From the NCBI GenBank assembly GCA_023231475.1, contig JALJEE010000987.1, forward strand, positions 1 through 64,000: DNA of 64,000 nt. The letters are read 5' to 3'. Below are positions 1 to 12,736 of this stretch, in pieces. The position numbers and the translations under genes were made by a program. Below the pieces are notes generated by a model. That model did not search any database, had not been told where the DNA came from, and was given only the letters and a program-made list of their open reading frames with translations. Numbering within the stretch: position 1 is the stretch's first letter; every line of letters begins with the position of its first letter. The stretch comes from Seison nebaliae. Taxonomy: Eukaryota.

Positions 1-1
1 T

Positions 2-295
2 TCTCCTCCACCGAAGTGTCCTAATCTACGATGTCGATATGAAGATGCATATTATGAGCCCGGTTCTTGTTGTCCTACTTGTCCTATTGGACAATGTTCA
101 AATGTTGTATGTCCAAAGTTAACTTGTGTAAACCCATTACCGATAGCAACTGGTCATTGTTGCGCTGAATGTCCTTATAACAAATGTAAAAAAGTTACCT
201 GTAATATAATCGTCGCATGCTCTAATGGCAAATTTCCAATCTTAAAAGATGATTCTTGTTGTCCAACTTGCGATAAACATAAGTTGTTCAACTAA
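2..295 (+). CDS. 3' end of a cysteine-rich protein with tandem truncated VWC-like repeats (partial; 5' end outside window)
   Basis: Frame 2 reads SPPPKCPNLRCRYEDAYYEPGSCCPTCPIGQCSNVVCPKLTCVNPLPIATGHCCAECPYNKCKKVTC...DDSCCPTCDKHKLFN*. It has three CCxxC motifs, and AATAAA overlaps the stop. Confidence 0.75.
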   Translation, partial: SPPPKCPNLRCRYEDAYYEPGSCCPTCPIGQCSNVVCPKLTCVNPLPIATGHCCAECPYNKCKKVTCNIIVACSNGKFPILKDDSCCPTCDKHKLFN

Positions 296-1245
296 TAAAA
301 AATAAATTTACTTTATTCTTCTTCTGTAACGATAATTTACATGTAACGAACTTCTACCTGAAATTTAGACGAATATGCAGTTACCCTAGCATACAAAATT
401 TGATAAATTGTAATGTTACAAATTAGGTTACTGTTCCGTTGAATCAACTGTTAATTTAACAAAAAGTAACTGAAATGTAACCCAAAAAAGACAAGAAAAA
501 AAGTAACTCTATAATGTTTAATTCGTTGGTTTATAGAGAGAATAGAGATTTTTCCGTTTCCTTAATAATTAACACGCTATATTAATATTTATAGAAATGA
601 GATATTCATCTTTATTTTTGTAACTAGCGGTTCCAAATTGTAACATTAAATTATTCTTCACTCCAAGGTACACGAATTTTTACGATTCGATCTCCTTCGA
701 CTCATAGTTTAATGAAAATTATAGTATTAGACTTCTAAGAAAATTATTACTAAATTAATCAGATGTGTAAAAAAGATGTTTTATCTATCTGTGTCTGTTA
801 AAAAGATAATAATTAAAATAAAAAAACTCTTTTTATTTCTTTATTTTTGGAAATTTTACTCTACAAAAATATATCGTATATTCCCTTTATTGGTTAGTTT
901 TCTCTTTATGACACTTCGACAAATGAACTCTTTTCAGAAAAGAACTATAATATTACTTCTGTGTATAATTTTGCGTTGACATTAGAATTACTTTTCCTAA
1001 AATTAAACGTTACTGTCATGATATGTTTTTAAGTTACTATAACGTTACAATCAGAATTTTTGTGTCAGGTCTATATTATATATATTATGGTATATTTTAT
1101 AAGTAATTAATTTGCGAATACGTTTATTTAAATGTTCCTTATCACGCAACATATCGTATAAGATTTTATAAAATACTAAACGCTAGAAAATTCAAATTTC
1201 AATGCACATCAGAAAGTTAAAAGGAATATTATTTCTAAAATTGTT

Positions 1246-1773
1246 TTAATTTCTCGCGGTTGTTGTTGCTGCTGCGGTTGTTGCTGTCGCGGTTGTTGCT
1301 GTCGCGGTTGTTGCTGCTGCGGTTGTTGTTACTGCAGCGGTTGTTGCTGCTGCCGCGGTTGTTGCTGCTGCCGTGGTTGTAGTATCGTCGTTGATTCCTA
1401 GGACATCATTCACGTTGTTTGAAATAGTGGAAGCAACTATATATGATGAAATTAGAATTTTAGATAAAATTAATATAAATTAATTAACCATCCAAAATTT
1501 CTTCATCTAGGTCACTTAAAGCTAGACGAATACTTGTTAGGAGAATTTATATTGACAAAAAATTAACTTCCTGTAACTGCCCCAGTAATACCACCAATAG
1601 CAGCCAAAATTAATAGTGCCGCTATAATCAAAGTTGCCATTGGCCCTAAAGCGCTTTTACGCTTCTGTTTTACAACTGGAGATTCAGTATTTCTAGCATA
1701 ACACAATAAAAAATATAAAATACGTATAGGATAGGAAAGTTCTAAACTCTATTGGTATCGAAATTGATGTCAT
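1246..1773 (-). CDS. Small type II membrane protein with Ala/Thr-rich C-terminal tail (4 exons; missed by the ORF track)
   Basis: GT-AG introns 1693-1747, 1522-1567 and 1437-1488 join an open frame MTSISIPIENTESPVVKQKRKSALGPMATLIIAALLILAAIGGITGAVTGTLSDLDEEILDVASTISNNVNDVLGINDDTTTTAAATTAAAATT...ARN*. A basic patch precedes a hydrophobic helix. Confidence 0.7.
1254..1382 (-). repeat. Coding low-complexity repeat (GCA/ACA/ACC codons; ~15-nt units)
   Basis: Tandem units of gcggttgttgctgct type on the + strand encode (TTAAA)n on the - strand. Confidence 0.9.
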
Positions 1774-2794
1774 GTTATTTTAGTATTTTTGTAAGTTTGG
1801 AACAGTATATCTTTCAACTGATATCTCATCAATGAAGATACCACTTTTATATTCATATTAATGACGTTCCTATTTGCGTCATAAGTTAAAAGTTGAAGTT
1901 CATGCTCTTTTATCGACCAAATTAGAAGGAATGTCAAATTTTCTTCTAACGATAGAGAGAAATACGTATTTATCTCCTTGAAACTAATTTTGCATTATGT
2001 TTCCAATTAGTTTGAAACATTTAAGATGTATATCAACAATTTAAATGAATTCAAGGTTTTATCTTTCAAACAATATTTGGTTGAGTATTTCTTAAATTAT
2101 TGTTCAACGGCTGCAAAGTCAACTCAAAAACTAATTTCGATTATTAAGTATAATCATTAAGATAATTATTGAACGATTTTCAATAAGTAACTATATCCAA
2201 GGTAATGAATTTAATTATTGCCATAATAATCAAACATCTTGTAACTAATTTCAACGGGTGTCATCCATCGTTGGTGTCATCGTAATGCGAACGATAAGGA
2301 TCTACTTCGTTTTGAATTTATCTTTAGAGGAAAAAATCCAGTCCCTGTTTCTTGTTTTCGACTTTTCGATCGACAGTTTTCAACCCTCATTTTAGACATT
2401 CCCGAACTTAATGTGCGACTTTGAACATATCTCTACCTTATAAATATTTAGAGTGTTGAATCATACAGATCTCAACGCTATAAGTAGTATTTCAGATAAA
2501 AATAAAATTGGTTAAATTAAATGAATTAAAATAAATAGTATTATCTCATGATTTCTGAATACGGTTCAGTATTTTTTCTGCTTAATATTTTATTAACTTA
2601 AATCCAGAAAATTAACGGAGCTTATATTATTTGACATACAAATGTACAATTGGAAAACCAGTAATCATCCATTAAATGTTTACTTCTTATAATTGGAGAA
2701 AAGAGTAAATGTAATTGAATGAAAATATTGAAATAAAATTATAGTTAGTAAATTTAGTTAATAAAAAAAACTATAGAATTAGAAAATAAAATCT

Positions 2795-4291
2795 TTAACG
2801 TCTCAATATTAAATTCACCGGAGTATCTATGAAAAGGATTTTAAATTCCTTTCGGAACTTCGTACTCATACAACAATATATAAGAAAATTTATAGCATTA
2901 TTCACTAACGCCATGACGTCAAATATTGGCCCGAGAGGAAGGTAAACGTATAGAAAAATATTCTTCTGTTTATATATATAACGTTCTATAAGAGCTGCCA
3001 TCAATATGATGCCCTGGGGGAGTTCTACAATGATGAAGAAGGCACAAACAACGGTCAGAAGTGCAGTTGTTTTTTGATGTTCATCCGAAGGCGATGAGGA
3101 TTTATATTTCTTCTTAAAGAAACGTAAGGCTCTTATTTGAGTTTTTGGTTTTTGATAAAACTGAGTGTTGCTCTTATCGCCATTATTAATTATGTTAACA
3201 TCGTCATTCGTTTTGGTCAACAAAATTCTTTCATCTTGATTACCATTTGCTTCCTTGCAGTAAGAAATATCGCTCTTTCTGTTCAACACTTTACCATGAG
3301 TGTTCCGTCCCATAATCTTCAAATGGTTTTTATGTGCTTTGCTTAACACTCTTATTAATATTGAACTTATCAAGATCAATAAGACAGATGGAATTATTTT
3401 CGCGATTAGTGCTTGATTGTAGAGATTAATTGAACTGTATTTTGAATGGTTCTTTGTATGACGACCTAAAATTATATTACAACATGTTCATATGCATAAG
3501 AAAAAAAAACCTGTGTAGAATTGTAAAACGGAATTATCATCCTTTCGACATTCTATATAGACAATTCGATAGAGAAAGAATGAAGGAATGCAGACAAGAA
3601 TAGTTATAATGGCTGATGCAATGATTGTTATGATGATGATAGGAATGCGATAAATCTTTCCTCCAATTCCATTGCTATGTTTAATAAAGAGGTAGCGATA
3701 TAGACCTAATATGACGGTTAACCAAATACTGAGAGTATGTGTCCAAATTGATAGTTGTTCGTAAAAAAATGTAAGGAACAGAACCCAAAGAAAATTGTAT
3801 GATTTTAAAAAAGTTAAAAAATCATTATTCACGATTTGTCTCTGGTGAGTGGTATAAATGAGAAAAGTACAGATAGTAACAAGATCCGAAACGGCTAGTC
3901 CATTCAATAAAGTATTTGTCGGATTCCTCATTTCCTTTTTGCTTAATACAATAATATTAAGTGTATTAAGAACCAATCCCAAGATGCATACCACTAAACT
4001 GACTGTTGCATGATATGGTCGATAAGATCGATTTAACTTCTGAGGAATATTTAACGTCTTATTTGCAAAAGAACTTTCACTTGACGACCTTAATAAACGA
4101 TAGGTCAATTCCATATTCGTATAATCATTCAATGTTTTACAATCAGCTATCATAGAAGGTTTTCCATCGGGAATTTTGGTTGTTGTCGTCCAAGGATATA
4201 AGTTGTTCAGTTGTGATAAATGTGCAGTAGTACCATTGGTGGTGGAGCCATGTTCAATAAGGAAAATAAATAAAAGTAAGATCATTCTCAT
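2795..4291 (-). CDS. Rhodopsin-class neuropeptide GPCR, myosuppressin/FMRFamide/DMSR (Srw)-like; 2 exons
   Basis: Seven hydrophobic segments and motifs NPTNTLLNGLAVSDL, HTLSIWLTVILGLYRY, ELPQGI, NFLIYCCMSTKFR. Intron 3466-3510 (45 nt) joins the two ORFs in frame. Confidence 0.9.
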
Positions 4292-6266
4292 ACAATTTTC
4301 CTCATGAATGTTCGTTGAAAAATAACTTGATAGGTTGATAAGTTTCAAAATTTATTTTTTTTCTAAAGAAATGATTACATAGATTAATAGACAAGCAATT
4401 GTTAATCTTTCGATTTATTTTTATTATCTAAGAAATTAAAATATAATGATAGAGAGTAAATAATTTAGGAGAATGTGTGGACGACTCCTAGTAAACAACG
4501 TAGATGTACATCTGTTAGACGCTTCCCAACCAGCACAAATAAAAAGTAGATTATTCGAAAAAAAATTTTTATGTTTTAAGGATTTTGTTTTTCTCGAAGC
4601 TTCAGTATACGGCTCATATGTAGATACTATTAGTATCAAGAACAGAGTTTAACCAATTCATTTTTATTGTCCAAATTATAAAAATGTTCCTAAAAATTGG
4701 TATTCAGTCCTTAATTACTTCTTTAAATTCCGAAATAAATAGTTCGAAATATGGAAATTCTTATATTTGAAGATATGAATTGTGATTAAGCAGTTAGTTT
4801 TCAGTAAATTTATTTTCTATCTATGAAAATTTAGACGACAAAATAAATTGTTCAAACTCTGTTCATGAGACAAATGTGAAAATTTTTCGAAAATAGGGTA
4901 TATTAACCGTAACCTGGAATTTCAAGAAAAGCGAAATCCTAAAAACATTGAACAATTTTTCGGACAATCTACATTTTATTTGCGTTCGTTCGGACAGCTT
5001 TAGCAATTTCATTCATAATATTCAACTTCTCTTACATTAAAACGATTTCTCCGTTTGTTTTATATTTTAATTATTATGTACATATTTTTAATTAGTGTAA
5101 TTCCGCAGTAAATCTCTTTAATATTTACTCTCAAACCTACCGGAACGTTTCGCTTGGCCGACAAGGAAACAAGTCGAAATCAGGCAAAAGTAATACATTA
5201 ACGACAGTTGACATTACTTAAAAATACTTATTTGGAGGATCTATTTAACATTTATTTGATAATATTGCTTAAACCCGTTCTTTTTATGTGAATGTCTAAG
5301 ATTGAAATAGTATTAATTAGATATAGAAAACATAGTCCACTGCCAAAATACTTCGTCAATTATCTTAAAGCTTTTTATGTCCCTAAATTCTTGAATAATA
5401 TACAAAATAATCATGTATTTATAGTCGAATAACGGTTGTCACAACGAAGGATTCGAAAAGCATTAATATAAATTTATAAATATTTCGCAATCTGTTAAGT
5501 GATTTAAATCTATAAAAGGAAAATCATAATTTAGTCATCATTTCCCACACCTTCATTAAACTTATGTAAAATAAATCACTCTTATTTTAAATTAATGTTG
5601 AGTACATCATAACGAAAACTCTCTTACCGAATATTATTATATTCGAAGAAATAGGAAACATACATGTATATACATATCAAACATATTACACATAGTGCCT
5701 GAAATTAATTTAGAAATTTGAGAGATTTAAGATTAATCTCCTACAATTTCTTCATGAGGAGGAATATCATAAAAGACATTTGGCGCCAAAACATTTCCTT
5801 ATGAAATTTGCGATGAATAAATAATTTGTGAACCAAATGGTTGACCTTCGGATCTCAAACATTTTAATTACTTAAGTTACATAATATAACTACGCATATT
5901 TGCAGGAAGGACGTTCCAATTGATAGTTACAGTACCCAACAGCGAACAAAATAGATATAAAGTTAAAGTTCTTTAAAAAACGGACTTGCTCCAGTTGAAA
6001 TTAGTAAATGAAATAATTAGGGGAAAGATCGTAATAATCTACTAAACATTTTTATTGGACAGTTCTCAACTCATAATTAGGACAGTTTTCGAATTATTCT
6101 TTTATTTTTTTCACAGTTCTTAATTTTCTACTAAATTTTCCGACAGTCTTTGACATTACAATATTTTGAAAGTTACCATAGTTTATACTTTCGAGAAATA
6201 TCTTCATAATTAAAATTAAAATTTATGATATTTAATTTAATAAACTTTAATAAAATTAAATTTAAA

Positions 6267-6743
6267 AATCCTGCTTTTTTGCCACCCTGTTTTATTCAAA
6301 ACGGTGATTTCGCCACCAACAAAACGGCGATTTCGCCAGCCTTAACTTAAAATTTTTAGGAATGCAATATTAAGAACCTTATGAAAATTTTGCGAACAAT
6401 TTTTACTTTTTTACTTTTAGATGAAAAATATATGTAAATAAAAACAGGTACTTAATGGAAAGCTTCATCAATTTTAGAGAAAAAAAGTTTTTGCTTAATT
6501 TTCAATTAAGCAAATCAAATATTGACGCAATGAAATATTGTTTCAGAATAAATATATTTTTTTGCCACCCTGTTTTATCCAAAACGGTGATTTCGCCACC
6601 CGCAAATTTACTATTTCAGTAAGCTGGGCACATCACGAAAATCAAGATCAAGAATATGGTGGCAAAATCACCGTTTTGAATAAAATAGGGTGACAGAAAA
6701 ATAGGGTGACAGAAAAATAGGGTGACGAAATCACCGTGATTCT
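6267..6743. mobile_element. Non-autonomous MULE-like element remnant with repeated subterminal motif AAAACGGTGATTTYGCCACC
   Basis: The motif occurs in direct and inverted copies. The right end (6721-6743), reverse-complemented, matches the element end at ~40425 that abuts a MULE transposase fragment. Confidence 0.75.
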
Positions 6744-7417
6744 TACCAAACGGTCGGTCTAAAAATGTATTTTTTTTCCAATAGAAAGTTTATATTGTAA
6801 AAATCATTTATGAATAAGAACTACATCATCACAACCACAAACAATAATGATAATATTCATTAACAGCAGTTATTAAGAAGAAAAAATGGTAAGTTAAAGT
6901 CAAGATGAATAAAATCTATCGATATTCAAGAATCTGTTTTAAAAATATAAGAAGTCTTGTCGAACATTTTCGATTAGCATTGTTTTAGTTATAAAATTAA
7001 ATTTTCTAATTCTATTATCTGCTTTCCGATGTTATTGAACAAATATTTATTTATTTCTTATGAAAACTAACGTGAATTAGATAAATGAACCAGGGTTATT
7101 TCAGAAAATGAGTAGCCGAATTGTTCTACTCCTTTTGATTTGTTATGTGAAAGAAGAACAATAAGAAGGACTACTCCTTTCGTTTCGTAGGGAAAAGAAA
7201 AGTAGAAAGGTCGACTGTTCAACTCTTTTCTTTGTTCTATGTAACGATCGCAGTATAACTGTCCTATTTCGCATAAGGATTAATATTTATTGGAGGTAAG
7301 TTGTTTTTTGAAGTAAATAATGCGATAAGGTTTGGATTTTTGTTTTCTATTCTTTACTAATTGAAACTCGATTACTAATTATCTTAAATTTACCACACTT
7401 GCAAAATTGTTAGATAT

Positions 7418-7561
7418 GGGGAACAGACAATTCGGAGACTGGACAATTCGGAGACCATAGAATATATATCATCTACACTATAGATAGTGTGTTTTAGGTA
7501 TTAGGGAGTTTATGAATTGTCCAGTCTCCGAATTGTCGAATCTCCGAATTGTCTGTCGTTC
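7418..7561. mobile_element. MITE, Mutator-type, with 9-bp TSD GTTAGATAT
   Basis: Terminal inverted repeats are built from ACAATTCGGAGA units. GTTAGATAT flanks both sides (7409-7417 and 7562-7570). Confidence 0.85.
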
Positions 7562-9958
7562 GTTAGATATATAAAATAGCAGTGACATAGCTGGTAATGG
7601 ATCCTAAGTGATCAAAAATTGGATAATGAAATGGAATACGAAATATTTTGATAAAAGTCGATATCGTAAAACTAAAATTAAAAAATTAGAAGAATAACAT
7701 AGACACATCGCTTTTGGAAAGTAATAGTTTTTTTAGTAGAATTCCCATCAGTCTAACGGGAAATTTCGATAATTCTTGAAGTTCCTATGTCTAATTACAA
7801 GACTTCTTCATTCCATTATTTCTTCTATCCATTATCTTAAGGAAATGTTTTATTGATTTTTCGCCTAATAGGTTTTTCCGTAGTTTCTCGATTTTCCTTC
7901 AATTATTTGATAATTTCCTACTTAATGCAGTTCCTGAAGTTCCAATTATGGTAATTCTATCGAAAAAAATTCAATGATTCATATTTTTGTTCATTATATA
8001 CTCAAAAAGTTTAGAAGTTGCGTGATATAATAATGGGAAGACCAAATGAAAGAAACTAACTAACGTAAGGAGAAACGATCATCTACAATATCTGAAAGAG
8101 TTTTCGAATTTTTAATCAAATATTATTTGATGCATCGTCTGATCTATATATTTGCAATGACGTACAAGTATATTTTCTATTAAAGAAAGTATGAGCAATT
8201 TATCACGCATCTCATTATAAACATATTAATATCTATATTCTTTATCATTAAATTAAACACACCAACATTTTATAATTGAATATATTATGCAATTAAAATG
8301 TTCATGACGATCGCCGTCATCCTTTGATTGAATTTTGTGGTGCATAAGAGATATTATGTACGTATATAGAACAAGTAATTGACATGACATAATCTCTTAC
8401 AAACTGCTATCAATCCTTAATGATTAGAGTAAAAATAATATCCTAAATCGCCATATTGATTTGAACTAATCAAATAACAAATATGTTTTAATTACAACAT
8501 ATACTAGGGTAATCCGACAGCTTGTAATCCTATAAAAATAATTTTCTGTCTGTCAATTTATCTGATAGATAGTTTAGTTTCAAATTGGAATCGAATATCT
8601 TCATTACAATGGTTACGCATAAATAAAAATTACAGGTATGTATTAGTGTACTTGAAAAAGTTTCATTTGGTGCAGACATTACTCCAATTTCAAAAACTAA
8701 ACTGACCTCAGGGTTGAATACTGAATTCTCTCAACAATACATTACGAAAATTTTCATATAATTCTTTTACCTTTTATGGTTATTATAAATGGAAATATGG
8801 CGTTGTCATCGATAAAAACCCCAACCACATAGAGTTCATAATAATCAACAGAAAATTTTTTAAATGCTGTGTAAAAGATGATTTTACATTCTTGTTTATT
8901 TATATTTCTCAAATAATAGATAATATATTCATCTTCCTTTATTGCGAATTAATTGCATCTTTCGTGTGATTTTCTGGTCGATGTCGACGAATGTTTCTTA
9001 ATTCAGAATTCAACCAACGATTGTCAGAATACACATTCATTATCATTTATTATGGCTCCAATTCTCATGCAAGATGTATGTCTAACAATGATTATGGTAT
9101 TGTAAGATTATCTATTTGTCATTGTGAATTACTGTTACGGTTTAGTTTAAATGCCCAGGGAGTTAAATCTTCCAATGATGCGTTGACCTTTACCTTACTT
9201 GATTGTGCACAATAATAGAGTCTCGTTTCGATTTCTATACATTCAATTCGAATAAAACTCCCTTTTTGTACTTGCTGTTTGTTTATGTAGTTGATAAGCC
9301 CCAATATGGCTGACCATCATGACAAATACTTGAAAATGATGATGTTGTCTCCTAAATGGTTGATGATAGTGCAGATATTGTAACTAATTGATCGTTTTAT
9401 GTCAACATTGAGAATATTTTCTGAGGAAGAAATTAATTTGGAGGTAGAAACCTCATTAATTCTTCACAGTTTCGTAAATTTTTTATGATCTCAAAAATCT
9501 AATATTTAGGATCTATACTGTAACAATAGTAATCGAAAAAGTTTAGATAAAGTATTTTGGGAATCCAGAAATCTTTTTGAAACATAAGCTATATTTCTAA
9601 TTCGATTAGTCGTTCCACATAGAACTCGATTTGCTTACACTTGATTTGTAATGTTTGATTTTGAACCGTTATTCTAGATAAACTTATGAATCTTGTGAAG
9701 TATATTGTCATGTGTATCTGTTAATAACAATATATTGGAAAATTAAATCAAGCTATATCCTGATTATGGTTTAATTATTGTCCTTTATAAAAGTTTTTAT
9801 ACATGCTTTGTAAGCATTGCTTATAATCTTTGTAGTTACATTTTCAATAGGTTGAAATTATAAATATCCATTCTCTCTCAATAGAAGGTTAAGAACTGTT
9901 CTAAACTGAAAAAAGAAAATTGAGAACTGTGGGAAAAGTTAATAGAAGACAGAACTTA

Positions 9959-10196
9959 CAAGGGAACCGCAACTACCTCGAACTCGAAATCGGACCTGAA
10001 ACTTCGCATAGTGATAGAACATTATTTATCATCGACAAAAATGATTTTTGCTAAGGTGCATTGTCAAAGTATAATGCACACATTAATTAAATGTTAAGTA
10101 TATAACATCAAAATGTATAGCTTTTGTACTGTGTACTTTTTTTACAAATTAATGTGCGCATCCGATTTCGAGTTCGAGGTAGTTGACGTTCCCTTG
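9959..10196. mobile_element. MITE with ~36-bp terminal inverted repeats
   Basis: The left end CAAGGGAACCGCAACTACCTCGAACTCGAAATCGGA matches the reverse complement of the right end, CAAGGGAACGTCAACTACCTCGAACTCGAAATCGGA. No clean TSD seen. Confidence 0.75.
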
Positions 10197-12736
10197 ACCG
10201 ATGTTCCCTGCCAGAACTCTTTCCCGAAAAATTTTATATAGGATTACTATCAGTCTTCCAATCACAACAGTTGTGACACAACTACATTTACGTGAATGGA
10301 TTTAATTTAATTATATAAATGAAAAATTTAATGGGAGCGAACATACTGCGGATCATGCACTCCACAACGGACAAAGTATTTCGTAAACAAGGTAAGTTAA
10401 GTAGAAAAACTATACTTAATATTTTTTCACAGTTCTATTATAGTCTTACAGATTAAGTGGGATCGTTTACAAGTATTAATGTCTAACAAGAATTATAAAC
10501 ATTCAGAACATGTATACTAAATAACTTATTATTGACATGATGAAAAATAATAACTTATGACTGCTAAGATCTTCTTAATGATGTGCATCTTGTAATTGAC
10601 TGTAATTATTTCTCAATTACTATCAAGGTCGTCACATGCAATTATTAGATTATCTATATAAACAGTTGCGCAGATGTGGATTTCATAAATTTTATTGACT
10701 TTAATTTTACAAGATGTTTTCCCGTATCCTTTCATCGTATACAAAATATCGTACATTGAAACGTAATAATTTCACATTTGGTTTAAATAGTGTATATTAA
10801 ACAGGTTGGGTATTTTCCGTTGAAGTATTATATTCTTCCAACTTAATAATATTACACATATAAAACATGTATACATTCGGTTATTACGGTTATACCTGCA
10901 CTTCCTATTGCGTAATAGGTTTTATTCGAATAACTGTTAGTGAAAGCTCAATCAGTCGGTCTAACTAATGTAAAAATTGATTAATAGGCGATAACATCCT
11001 TATCTTCGAGTAATTTTCTCGGAGTAGTTCTCTCAAAAGTATTTCTTCACCTTAGAAAAATGAATTGCTGTACAAGACACAATATCAGCATAAGGTGTAA
11101 AATATTGAAAAACTGAAGGTAACTATCTAATGCGGCAACTAAGAACTGATATGGTTCGTTTAATGAAAACGGGCACTAGTATTTTGTGTAATTGATTATA
11201 AATCCATTGATGATTGGAAGTGATTTACATATTGACAATTAAGATAATTGGAAATAAATAAAGGAACGATATTTAATCTATTTGCTTGTTCCATCTATTT
11301 GTTTGTTAAAGAAATTATGTTCGAAAGACGAATGTCTTCCATACTCCATGTGAAAAATAAATAAGAAAAATATCGACATATTTTTTTGATATTAACACCG
11401 TTCGAATCAATGGTACCAACGGAATTTCATCGACAAATTCAATTTCCATAATGGGGTTTCTTTATTCTTTTGTGTAAAAACATATTCCTTCCAATTTCGC
11501 TTTCTTTTCTTATATTCGTCGTTACGTTATATTATTCATTTGTTGTTAGAAAAGACTTGAAGATAGAAGTACGAGTCGTTTTATCTGAAATCGTCAATCG
11601 AATACGAAAAAGAACAATTGCTACGAATGATCTGTTATGTGTGTGAGACGTTTGGTATATGTACGTCATATGAATTCATTATCGATCCATTTCTGAATGA
11701 AGGATGGTGGAAAATTCCTCCTCCAACTATCCATTCTTTCTCATTTTTAGTTGATGTGACTCCTGTACAAATCATAAATTTATCAAAAATTAAATTTTGC
11801 ACAAATTCATCATTTCCTTTGATTATTTCACCATTTCTCTTCTTTTCGAAGAAGCCACTTTTACTAAATATGAAAGTTATTTCGATGATAAATTGAACTA
11901 GTTTTTTCTTCATTTATTACACAAACTTATCATCATATTCTATCTTCCATCATGCATTTGCAACTATCTTATCATTCTTCTCCATAACAAAAGTGGAGAT
12001 TGCTTAAGTGAAAAGAACGAACTATATCGAATAATTGAACTTCCATTATCGGATTTCTCATTATTGGACAATTATTCAACAAATGAATCTGTGAGACAAA
12101 CTAACAAAGTAAGGTAACGAGTATTACATTTGTTAGTTTCCTTGACTATTCGATAGTAGAAACATATAAAATTTTTGGGTAGAAAATGATTTCCATTATA
12201 TTTCTTTTAATGGAAAATGTGCAATTGTTCTTCCGAACAGGATTGTAACGAATGATAAATTAATATGCGCTACCTACCCATTATTATTATTCTCGAACAT
12301 ATGGTAATGTGTCAGTATGACTCGGGGGAAGTGTTATGATTGGGAAGAGAAAAACATCAATCCATCCTTCTGTTTTCATTAGTAAAAGAAAGAAATACGA
12401 ATAGAAGTAAAATATTTTTTAAAATTATAAAAATAAGATTCATTCAAGAATTTATTTTCTGTTCAAAAAGGAAATAATCTTCAAATGATTAATTTGATAA
12501 TATTGAAGACAAATGATAAATTAACAAAAAAATAAGTGGTTCATCAAAAAAATGAAATTGGATCTCATCAGTTTAACTTTTTTAAAGTTTTTTTTAAAGT
12601 AAGAATATATGGAAACTCTTCAATTTATTTTTATGTTAATTACATTTTTATGTAACACATTACTATAGGAATTAGAGAAACAACTTAATTGATTGGATAA
12701 TAAGAAAAATCTCTTGTCAAAACTGAAATGAGAATG

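Noticed and set aside
8991..9304. Two short opposite-strand ORFs
   Set aside because: No domain, no convincing start or splice context; consistent with chance ORFs.
11618..11913. Overlapping 92-aa ORFs; IFHHPSF...SYDV faintly recalls a trypsin segment
   Set aside because: No catalytic motifs or splice-compatible flanking exons were found.
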